From: Phoronis australis
Taxonomy: Eukaryota > Animalia > Phoronida
DNA: 64,000 nt
Reading direction: 5' to 3'
Assembly (NCBI GenBank): GCA_002633005.1
Contig: NMRA01000410.1
Span: forward strand, 345,885-409,884
Below the pieces are notes generated by a model that saw nothing but the letters and a program-made list of their open reading frames with translations, ran no database searches and was not told the origin of the DNA. Below, piece after piece: positions 50,061-61,994 of this stretch (the first letter of the stretch is position 1; the number at the start of each line of letters is the position of its first letter). The position numbers and the translations under genes are program-made.

Positions 50061-52575
50061 ATAGTAATGGACAAAAGAAGGTGAAAAATAAGAGTTTGAA
50101 CAAACAAATTCGCTGAATAAAACAAAAAAAAGATGTATTGAAGATCTCTCACTATGGATAACTTAGCTGTAACACGTTTTAGAATTGATAAAAGGCTATG
50201 AGTTCTTACCACTATAGGCCACCTAGTAATGACTGATCAGCTCATGTGTTCGGTGGTGTCTTCTGAATTGAAGTAAACTTTCTCACAGATTAAAACACCA
50301 GTTTTCACCGGGATTATTTCAACTTGAAACTCATTATAAACTAAATTATGGTGACAGACAGTGCTCAGCGTCATTTTTTTTTACGGGCAAGCTAAAACAA
50401 AAATAACCTGGGGAATCAATCTGAAACCCACAACAAAAATCACATGTACAGTGTAGTTGTAGATTCTGCACCTGACTGACAGAGAACAGAACAAGTGCCA
50501 AGAAATTAAAATCAATATTATAGAGAGTGAGAGGTGTCAATAACATGACCGAACAGAGATGACACACAAAATCAGTGACGAGTAAATTTATCCTGACAGA
50601 CAATTTGGTATGGAGTTGTCCACAAAACCAACGTTCAGAGAAACACAACAGTCAGAGAAAAAAAAATTATATAAGGGACAGCCACTAAGGACTGAGCTCA
50701 CATATAAGAATTATTGTCTTATGTGAATATCATGCAATGTACAATTCCGTCACATATTCAATTAAAATGTGGGAAACATGTTTTAACGACAACCAAAAAT
50801 ACCACATTAATACATACTGTAGGCAGTTGCAAAGATACTATATTACATTTTTGGTAAGGGTGCAACTGGGGAACTGTAAGAAGCAACAAGCAACAAAACC
50901 CATGCTCCAAACATGAATGATTTAGATGCAGATTAAGAATTCAATGCATTACCATTGCCTGTGGTCAGTATAAGGTGTTGTGATCGCTACGGACCTGTAT
51001 AGAGTGCACCACCACTGATAGAGAGGTAACTTGAGCGTGATCTGGTATTACATAAGGGAGAAAACTGAATAAGTATCAGTGGACAGGACAATTACCTGAT
51101 CCTGTCAGGACATGGGGGGTGGGGTGAGTGAACGCAAACAAAGTGAGGGATGTCACCAGTGAGTAATTGGATATGAACTACAATAAGACGAGAGAGCAGA
51201 ATACGACTTAAACTTTGCAGTTTTCTAACACAAGGTCACTTTCTGATGAAACCTGCTTTATCTTGTTATCATGCAGCTGTATTGTTACGTTACCGTCATG
51301 CGTCCACGTTTTAGCGATGGTGTAGTGGCAATTATAATTTATTTTGAGTTTGACTCTGTATCGTTGGAGTTCCTTGAAGATTTTTTATGAAATGTGGTAA
51401 ACATGCTATTTCTAAAGATACGGCTACACTTTCTTCGTTTTTTCTTACGGATTTGACGTATTCGCCGCCACCTAGAAACCATTTTTTAAAAAAAATTCCA
51501 CTCCACTTTTGGCATCGGATTCCGCTTCTCTATCCATCAAGTCACTGAAAGGATCGTCAGCAGATGTGTTTCTGATGAGAAGACCGCGACAGACTTTGAT
51601 TTTTGGACGAGCACGACTACTCTGGCTCACCCCATGGGTGGCGGAGCCCTGAAAAATGTGGGGGCTAAAGCCCCCCAGCCCCCCTGTGGTGCAACGCCTA
51701 TATACCATAGGCGGCGAAGCTTTAAAAAATTTGGAGGCTACATCCCCTGCAGACCTCTATGGTGCGCCGCCCATGCTCCCTATTTGGCGATTTTGTTTTT
51801 TGGCGACTAAGATTGTACCTTACTGCAAAATGTTTTGAACAGCCAGTAGCGGACATCGTTGTTTCATGGGCTGCAGCGGTCCAAATGGGCATGTGCACAC
51901 CAGCAAATATAACAGTTCCAATCCATAAAAAGCAATGTATCTTTTTGCACTGCTTACGGCTGCAGCAACAATCAAATGAAAAATTGTGACGTACGCTCCT
52001 TTCATTTCCCACTGATCAACATAGATGATCGAGATATACGATGGAAACAAAGGATTTTTTTACGTGAAGCTGTTGTTAGTCAACCAGTGACGTTGGCAGG
52101 GTGAATTGGATATCCTGTTTGTTGTTGGATAGTATGAACACTCCAAGAAGCATACTGTTTACGGCACTGTCGTAGTGGACGCATTTCTTTGCTTTTGTTT
52201 TCGAATCCTTTTGTCTGATGTACATGTATGCGCATATAAAACTCACCTATGAGGCAATAGTCGACAAAAGTTGGACACTACATAGCACCTTTATGCATCC
52301 ACACGATTTTCTTTTTCTGTCGCTAATTGTTAAAGCGGCTTGACATATTCTGATGGAACTTGTCAATAAGGTTGGGGTGCAGCAGCACCACTAGATTTTT
52401 GGACTAATTTATGTGCCGTTACATCCTGTTTTCAACGAAATATTCCTTGTCCAAAATTATTTCAAAACGGCTCAGCAGAGCTTAACGAACTATGACTCAA
52501 AGATTTGTGGCAGAGATGCGTCGGCACTTGTCGATTTTCGTGCAATTTGACTGCAGTGTTCGAGGTGCACATTAA

Positions 52576-53737
52576 CAGCCGATTTCATAAAGGTGGTTTA
52601 AAGTTAAACCTGGTTTAAACTGGACTTAGACCAGGTTTAAAGATAATCTGCATTTCATAAAGGTGGTTTAACTTTTACACCGGTGGTCTAGTAAAATCTG
52701 GTTTAACTCCAGTTTAGACCTGGTCTAAGTCCGTTTTCATTTCACCAACGATGTCTATATTCTTTAGACCTGTATTAAGATCATAAACCATGTTTAACTT
52801 TAGACTTGGTCAGACCCAGGTTTAACTGTTAAATATGTCAGACTTCCATGGTATGGGTACAACTGAATGATGCTGCGGAGTACATTTGCGACACAGATTG
52901 AGAGCGAAAATAGACTTTTTTCAATATTCAGTTTTACTACGACACAAGATCAATCGTAGCAGAGGCGGATCTAGGATTTTTTAAAGGGGGGGTCAAGGAC
53001 TTTTTGAAAAGGGAGACCAAGTCAATAATTTGAAAGTTATAGATTTGATATCACTAAAATCAAGGGAAAAGGGGGGGCTCTGGACACTATGACCCCCTGG
53101 ATCCGCCTATATGCGTAGACCAGTACATGCTGGAGTGTGTCCTGCGGATTCCTCAGAATACGATTGGTCGAGTAGGGCGTCATCGTCGTAAGCGCTACGG
53201 ATTTGACTAAAGACAGCATATTCTCATTTTTCTGCGTTCCACCTCCACTGTTCTCTGATTTAATGTTGCCGGGAAGGGGTCTTGCCCCCCCCCCCTTTGG
53301 CCGCGAAAAATAAACACTAAAATGACACGGAAATAATTTTTTAGCATTTATCATGTTACATCTAATCATGAGCATGTTCTTTAATTTATGTGTGTTGGGC
53401 ACAGAAATTAAATTTTTCCTCATGAGAAAAGCTTTTAGACCTTTTTCGTAACTGTCTGCACTGATTCTACTAGTGTATGCCATTGTATACCCAAGTGATC
53501 AAGGTTTCATTGAAGCACGTCACTAGTTTCTTTGTTGGGTTTACCCAGCTCGACACAGTGGGGTGCCTTTAGCCTTTAATACTTTAAACCTGGTTTTACT
53601 GAACCAGCTTCCTGGCCTAGCAAAACCAAGCTTTCAGACTCTTAAACCAACTTGGTGAAATGCAAGTCAGGTCTAAAATTAGACCAGGTTTAGGAAGACC
53701 AGGTTTAAGTCTTAAACCACCTTTGTGAAATCGGCTG
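52576..53737. mobile_element. PIF/Harbinger-like MITE with a nested small element (~52960-53112)
   Basis: TIR cagccgatttca(t/c)aaaggtggtttaa at both ends, TAA/TTA flanks, subterminal ccaggtttaa repeats; the nested insert has aggcggatc...gatccgcct ends. Confidence 0.7.
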
Positions 53738-54384
53738 TTAGTTTCTGTCTTGATAGCTCTTCAGTGACATAATTTTAATAGTATGGCTTGGAAACATGCT
53801 TCACAATTTGCCATGGAAAGTACATTTGAAGGAACTATTCCAAACTATAAAACTCTAACCCTGGAATGCCAACTCCCGCACGTGACCTGTGTATTCTATT
53901 ATTAGAGGTTGCGACCCCGAGACTAGCCGCTAGAGTTTGCACTGAGAATTTCCGACTGCCTGCTTGACCGAGTTTTGATCGAGAGTTGCAGTTATCAAAT
54001 CAAGTCTAATTTTATTGGTTCATTTTCATTTTGTTATTATTGTTCACCAAGTGAGACTCTTGACGTCCGGTTCCATATAATTCCTCGGCAAAAGGAGTCA
54101 ACAAACCCCAAAATTACATTGATCATTCTTTATAAGCATAGGCCTATGGCCCTGGGTTGATGCCGAGACTATTTTGGCCTCTGACATCTTTCGGCTTCAG
54201 TCATAGAACCACTTTCGACAACCTAGTATACTACATGCTTGGAGTTTTTCAACAAGACATTTTGGATTTTAAAATCATGTTACAGTAATTTACTAAAAAA
54301 TTTACATTTGGTCTAAATGAAAAGTTAAGGCCCTAAAAACAGATGCGTTTAAGTAACTTTCGAAAAATTACTGATAATTGAATA

Positions 54385-54499
54385 GTGTGTGTGTTTGTGT
54401 GTGTGTGTCTGTGACTGTGTGTGTGAGTGCGCGCGTGTGTATGTGCGCGTGTGTGTGTATGTGCGCACGTGTGTGCGTGTTTTTGTACGTGTGTGCGTG
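54385..54499. repeat. Imperfect (GT)n/(GC)n microsatellite
   Basis: Directly visible. Confidence 0.9.
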
Positions 54500-54852
54500 C
54501 TTGCTGTACTATTACTGTTTTCCACTTTTGCATGGGTCTTTGCGGCACTCACAATTTCCCATTCAATTATAAAAACAACAACAACAAACTAGAAAGATTA
54601 TTGTCACGGCGTGACAATAATGGATTCTGAGCGTGCGTATTGAAGGAATTGTTATGGGAAGTTACTGACAGCAAACCGTTTACCAATATGAAAAGAAATT
54701 CTTTAAAATTGTAGGAGAAATTACATGTTAATATTTTGATGACCTTTCCACTAATTGAACTCTTCCGGTGCATTATGAACACCGATCAGGGAATAATTGC
54801 AAAATCGATTTCAAGTGTGGTTAATGCTAAGAATCACAGATGTTTTACTTAA

Positions 54853-56524
54853 AAGGAGCATGCCACCCAAAAAATAACCTAATTTGTATCAATTTAGATC
54901 GAGTAGTTCCATAACGACACGTACGGTTGCGTTACCTGACACCTGACGGCAGAGGGAGGTGTTGAAATTATCCAATGACGTCATCGGTTTCACACGCAGT
55001 CTGTTCAGCAGTTCACAACACGGATAACTGGTGTCAGCTTATCAATTGAAGTCATCGTTTAACACCAATAAATCATCAAACTTCGATGCAAAACACCGAG
55101 TTCTTATAAAAACGTGTTGTTTTATTTCGCTCTTACGGATTTATGGGTATTTGGACACACCGTAGCCTACAAAGTTCGGCAGGCCAATAAGGTCCGTAGC
55201 AGGAGTTTGGGGTCTGTTCGGAGATAATTTCGAAGTATTTTCCGTGAGATACAGACAAGAGAACCTAGATCTGTGTTGTTTAAGACTTGTGATTTTTTTG
55301 AGTTCTGAACACAAAACGTTTGTTAACCGGCTGGCCAGTGGCTCGGAGCTCGATCAGGCCCGTCGCAGCCAGCCGGATTGACTCGTTATCCCGCGGTCAG
55401 TGGCTCGGAAACTGATCGGACATCACGAACATAAACCAGCCAATGTTCAGTGGAAACTAAACTTCCAGTAAAGAAAATACTATACTAATGAGCCAAAGTA
55501 ATGTGCACGTGATTATGTTGTGAATTAGCCACGAAACTGCAAATCTACTAACTCGTCGGGGGCCGCGAATTTACTCGCGTTCCGCTTTGGCCACAGCACC
55601 GTCAGGGCAGAAGTTGTACATTTACAATCATTATTTGAGTAATGTAAATGTAAATAAATATTCCCCTAACTGACCGTGGGATAGAAATCGAGGTGTTTCA
55701 CGACAGTTTCTGCCAGCAAACACTAAATTAGCATGAGCTCACATGGCCTCGGTGTCCCGTCAATTCTGATCAGTGCACCAAAAGCCGGTAACGCAGTACG
55801 TGATTTATTCATTGCTGGCTTCTCAAATCATTTCCACTCACGAACACTCCAAAGGCATTACAAATTGCATCTAATGAGACAGACTTTGTTTCAGTTTTAT
55901 ATAAGTATTGGTTAGGGTGAGAATAATTCATTTTGAGAACGCTCAGTAATAAACGCCAACATTGCAACTCGCAATCCCGACTTAGGACGAGCTAGAGCTC
56001 ATACGTCCCGACTTCGCAGGTGGATCGTTAAGTTTTACAGGCTATCAATTTGAACAGGAATACAGAGATGAAGAAATACTAGAGAGGCACCGTGAACAAG
56101 CTCAGACAACGGAACTGATGGAGTTATTTGGTAAGCCGGCATTCGTTAGGCAATGTCGACGTCTGCAGGCCACAGACAGGGAGAAGTTTCACGGCCTCAT
56201 ACTTGCTGTTTACAGCGTACATTTCATTCTTCACTACCACGAGCCACTTCCTAAGCATTTCGGACTCTCGAGGAAGTAAAAATCGATATACCCGCTTTCC
56301 TCGCAGCTGCTTAGTTCGTACAAGCGGGAACGATGCACCGCAACATAGCGGCGTTCACTCTGCATACATGTATGAACCACTGACGTCGCTAGCGTCGTTT
56401 CTCACCTTCCTCACAGGTTAACGCGACACCTCTTGGCAAGGTAAGGTCGACCGTATGCGAGGCGATGTGGATATTGACCGATTAAGACGGCAAAAAGACT
56501 AATTAAATCGGGTGGCATTCTCCT
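54853..56524. mobile_element. Kolobok-like non-autonomous DNA transposon
   Basis: TTAA on both sides (54849-52, 56525-28); TIR aggagcatgccaccc / gggtggcattctcct; empty site visible in the sister repeat copy near 57700. Confidence 0.75.
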
Positions 56525-58261
56525 TTAAGAACTTCACAAAACAAGATGAATGAATTGGTAAAACTTTCAGAAGAAAAATGCACCTAATGACCCCATGGGT
56601 GCACCAAATGACCTGGAAATTTAGAATTCAAAGTCAGTCGCATTTAGTAAACAGATATGTAATACTGGAGTCTCTAGCTCAAAATCTTAGTTTGCACTCA
56701 ATGACCTTTGACCTATTTTTTGTGATTGGTTAGGCCTATTGCGAAGTAAATTAGGTTATTCAATTGGCATGTTGACTTACACCAGTGTGCTGAAATTGAA
56801 TTGAATTCTTTAAAAAACGTAAGATATAACATTTTGAACGTTAGATGACCTTTGCACTAATTGACCCTATCCGATGCATTGTAAGCGTCTTAAGGAAAAT
56901 TATTGCAAAGACCGTGAAAGGTGTGTTTATTGCTGAGAATCACAGTTGACACATCAGAATACTTGGTGAATGAAAAGGACTAATTTTCAGAAGAAAAATG
57001 CACCTAATGACCCCATGGTTGCACTAAATGACCTGAAAGTTTGGATTCCAAATTGAATTACCTGTGCCAATCAGAACTGTCAATTTGAAGTGTCTAGCTC
57101 AAAATTTTAGTTTGCACCTAATGACCTTTGACCTGTTTAACCTGATTGGATGACCCAATTACTTAGAAAAATAATTTTTCAAATTGCCTATTGACTTATA
57201 CCTGTGTACCGAATTTGAAAAGAATAACTTTTAAAATAAAGAAGGAGTAGCATTTTGAAAATTACATGACCTTTGCACCAAATGACCTCTTCCGGTGCAT
57301 TATGGAATAGGATTTTATAAAGAATCAAAATTTATGTACTGTCAAAACTCATATGCTGAATTTAAAGACTGTACCTGCACCCAATTTGGAGTTATTAAGC
57401 CTCAAAGTTGGTCGGAAGAAGAATAAGAAGAATAAGAAAAACTAGAAAGATTATTGTCACGGCGTGACAATAACGGACTCTGCTCGTGCGTATTACTGGA
57501 ATTATTATGGGAACTTACTGACAGCAACCCGTTTACCAATATGAAAAGGAATTATTTAAAATTGTAGGAGAAATTATATATTAATTTTTTGATGACGTTT
57601 CCACTAACTGACCTCTTCCGGTGCATTATGAGCCCCTATGAGGGAGTAATTGTTAACTCGATTAAAAGTGTGGTTAATGCTAATAATCACAGGTGTTTTA
57701 CTTTAAGCACTTCAGAATACAAGATGAATGATGTGGTCAAACTTTCAGTAGAAAAATGCGCCTAATTACCCCATGGGTGCACCAAATGACCTGAAAATTT
57801 AGAATTCAAACTCAATTGCACTTAGTAAACAGATATGTAATTCTGAAGTCTCTAGCTCAAAATTTTAGTTTGCACTCAATGACCTTTGACCTATTTTTTT
57901 CTGATTGGTTAGTGTTGTGTATCTTACTTTGTCAAATAAAGTAGACACTACATTAACAACGCAGTGAAACGAACAGAATTGAACTGAACACTGAACTGAT
58001 TTATTCTACATATCACAACAATATATATACACACAACTACATAACAACATATGATGCGTTACCTATGACACACTTCCTATACTAGGAATCGCATGACATA
58101 ATACCAACTAAACTACTAAACTCATAAACAATAACAACCTACAAACATCCTGTTATTGTGACTAAGTACACAACACTCTCCCTCACTAAATATAAAGTAG
58201 GCTCTTGTTAAGAAAATAAACTAATCAAGTTCACTATATCAATTACATGCACGCTAACATA

Positions 58262-61200
58262 TTAGTCATCATATCCCAATCTAACAGGTTGTTTTCTATT
58301 CCTTGTTGATCTTCTTAATTCAACATTAGGTTTCTCAGTAACATCTGATTCAACAACTCTCTCATCCGATTGACTCATTTCACTGTCAACAAGTTCTCTG
58401 TCATCATTTCCAGACACCAATTGTTTACTACAAGTGTCACTTTCAATTACTGGTACATCACTGTTATGGTTAGACTCTTCAAGACTAATATCTGGAAACA
58501 CTTCATCATTGACAGTTGGAATAACAACATGGTCAGGCTTGACACTTTCACAATCAGCTGATTCACCAACATCAGATTTGAAACTTCTATGCAACAATTG
58601 ATCAGCATGTCTTTTCCACACTCCACTGTTAACCTGTACCTCATATATCAGAGAACCAAGTTTACATGTAATAATACCTGATATCCACTTCTCTTTACCA
58701 ATGTAATTTCTCGCAAGTACATTATCACCAACATTAAAGACTCTCACATGAGAGCCTCTACTTTTGTCTTCCATGATTTTGTGCAATTTCTCTGCCATTT
58801 GATTTTGGAAATCAGGTTTCACCAAATCTAAACGATTTCTTAGACGTCTCTTCATGAACAGCATTGCTGGTGTTTCATTTGTGGTACTGTGCGGCGCATT
58901 TCGATATGCTAACAAAACATTATCCAATTTGTTTTGAATCGAACCGCTTTCAGGTTTTGCAGCTTTCAATCCTTGCTTTAATGAATGTACAAATCTTTCA
59001 GCTTGATCATTAGTAGATGGATGAAATGGTGGATTTAATTTATGATTATTAATAATCCCTTTCTTACCTACAAATCTCTTAAATTCACCGGAAGTGAACT
59101 GTGGGCCATTGTCCGAAACTAAGATCTTTGGAAATCCATATCTACTAAACACTGAATTGAGAATACTGATCGTTTTCCCACTTGTAGTTCGCTTCATGAT
59201 AAAAACCTCTGGCCATTTAGAAAGTGCATCTACGAATATGAAAAACATTTTGTTTTCGTAGGGTCCTGCAAAATCTATATGAATACACATGTACGCTCCC
59301 ATGGTTGAGAACTTGGTATCCATGGATGTAATGGTGCTTGAGTTAGGTTGTTTTGGATGAGTTGACAAGACTCGCAATTTCTTGCAGTTTGCTCTATGGA
59401 TTTGTCCAAGTTTGGCCACCAAACATATGAACGAGCAACAACTTTCATTTTCACAACCCTAATATGCCCGAAATGCAATTCATTTAACACCTTACTTCTA
59501 CAAAAAACAAAATAAACATCCATTTTCTATTGTAAGCTCATTTCTCCTGTAGAAAAATGGCTTCAATACGTCATCAGTTTCTGACAATTTCTTTGGCCAA
59601 CCATCAATGGTATACCTCATAACTCTTGATAAAACAGGATCATTCCGCAATCCCCGTTTTATAAGGTTATTTTCCACAGGCAAAATATCAACATGGAATA
59701 CCTGAGCATAAGTTGGCTCATATTCATTTTCAGCTTCTTGACAATCTTCAGCTGGTAATCTAGATAAACAGTCCGCGTTGGCGTTGGATATGCTATTGCG
59801 AAATTTGATATCGTAGTTGAATCCAGACAAATACGTTGCCCATCTTTGCATTCTTTCTGCTGCTAAAATAGGTAAGTCGGTTTTTGGACCAAAAATCGCA
59901 ACAAGTGGTTTGTTGTCAGTAATCAGTGTAAATTTCCGACCATACAAATACGGATAGAACCGTTTCATAGCAAAGATTATCGCCAATGCTTCTCTTTCAA
60001 TTTGAGGGTATTTCCTCTCTGTTTTACTCAGACTACGTGAAGCAAATTGAATAGGTCTTTCTTCACCATCAACAATGTGCGACAATACCGCACCTACACC
60101 TTCAGGAGATGCATCTGTTGCCACGGTTACTGGTAATTCTGAGTTAAAATGAACCAGGAATCCAGATTCTTTCAATGCGTTTTTTGACTTTTGAAAAGCT
60201 TTTTTAGCTTTGGCTGTCCACTCAAACTTAGTGGATTTCTGCAACATTGCAGTCAAAGGCGCAATAACTGTGGACATATCTCTTATGTAGCGTCTGTAGT
60301 AATTTAGAAGACCCAAATAACTTCTTAGACCAGACACATCTTTTGGTAATGGCATGTTCATAATCAAATCGACCTTTTTCTTAGATTTATGAACTCCAGT
60401 TTTGTCAGTAACGTGGCCCAAATACTCTACTGAATCCTTCATGAATTCACAGTTGGATTTTCTTAATCTCAACCCATATTCTTTCAATCGATCTAGAACT
60501 TTGTCTAAATTTTTTAAATGCTCTTCGTAAGATTTACTTGTAACCAATATGTCATCCAGGTAAACTTGTACTCCTGACAAGCCTTGTAACACTTGTTCAA
60601 CTGCATTTTGCCACAGAGAGGGGGCACTAGTGATTCCGAAAACAAGACGATTCTGAGTGAACAACCCTTTGTGTGTCGCAATTGTCAAATACTTTTTTGA
60701 TTCGTCTGTAAGCTCCATTTGATTGTACGCATGAGCTAGATCCAATTTCGAAAAACTGACCCCTCCTCTCAAATTAGCCAAAATTTCCTCAATACTGATA
60801 TTGGGGGGTGCCACTGGTTTGAGATTCGGATTTACATTAGTTTTGTAATTTCCGCATATTCTCACAGAACCATCAGATTTCTGAACAGTGACAACGCTTG
60901 TGCTCCAATCACTATGTTCAACAGGTGTAAGAACGCCACATTTAACTAGTCTATCTAGTTCTTCATCAACTTTCGGTTTGAGCACATATGGCACCCTATA
61001 CGGTTTACTTCTTACCGGCATGCTGCCTTCCTTCAACTGAACATCGGCCATAATATTCTTCAAAGTGCCTAATTTGTTTTCAAACAAATCACTATGTTTG
61101 TTTAACACTAACTCAAGTGAATGAACTCTGTTGATAGACAACACATGTTTCCTATTAGACAGTAAGCCACCCCAATTGCGTTTCAGATGAGTTAACCATG

Positions 61201-61984
61201 ACCTGCCAAGTAAATTATGTTTACACAGCTTGACAACATGCAACCACAGATCACAGGACTGATCTTCGTACTGGACATTTACAAGAAACTTACCTACAGG
61301 TTTAACAATCTCACCCGTGAAACTTATAAACACTCGCTTAGATGGCTTCAGTTCACTTTGGTTTTCAAACAGACTTACATACAAATCATATGGTATGATG
61401 GAGTCATGGCTGCCAGTGTCCATTTTCATCTCTAGATAATGAACACCAACATTTAGTGTTACATAGATAGCGTCATCTGTTCCCGTGTTATATACGCCAT
61501 ATTCTGTATCGCTGTCCTCGTTCTCAAGCAACTTTAGCGAAGTCTGCTCATTAGCAATGCCGCTAATACGTCTGTCCCTCAATTGCTCGTCCAGTTTATC
61601 ACCAAACTTGCAGGTAAGACTGATGTGTTTGAGCGCGACTACATAGTCCGTAATCGACTCACCTCTATTTTGGTCTCGTTTGATAAACTTTCTCCTTTCC
61701 GCAATTGTCAGTCGTGGTCCTGCCAAGTGTTTCGTCAGAGTTTCCTTTAACTCTACGTATGTTTTCTGGTTAGGTTTGGCTGGGCTGACCAGATCCCGTA
61801 CAATTCCATAATACTTCTTTCCAACGGAATGCAAGAACGTTGCTGCCACTTGCTTCTTCGTGAAATCTGTTTCCCCATTCGCTTGTAGAAACAGTTCAAA
61901 TCTTTCCAAGTAGCATTCCCACTCCTCGCTACCATCATATTCACTGGATAACGGGGGCAGGTAACTTTGTGAGCTCACAGTCAT
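58262..61984 (-). pseudogene. Gypsy gag-pol (capsid, protease, RT, RNase H, integrase) with frameshifts and a gag deletion
   Basis: Protease MDTGS, RT YLDD, RNase H TDAS and YPQIEREALA, integrase HHCC (59275-59523) and core DFAGP/SDNG (58262-59422) lie in different frames; no CCHC knuckle in gag. Confidence 0.9.
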
Positions 61985-61985
61985 G

Positions 61986-61994
61986 TCGTCGCCA
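61986..61994 (-). promoter_or_regulatory. Primer-binding site complementary to the 3' end of tRNA-Ser(GCT)
   Basis: TGGCGACGA 1 nt inside the 5' LTR; complements the recalled ...TCGTCGCCA end of eukaryotic tRNA-Ser(GCT). Confidence 0.7.

Larger units (their letters stand above)
46077..51319 (-). mobile_element. TSD-flanked non-LTR retrotransposon (APE-RT, CR1/L2-group-like), apparently full length
   Basis: 14-bp direct repeat gtgtagtggcaatt at 46063-46076 and 51320-51333; AATAAA plus short A tail at the 3' end; APE and RT ORFs inside. Confidence 0.85.
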
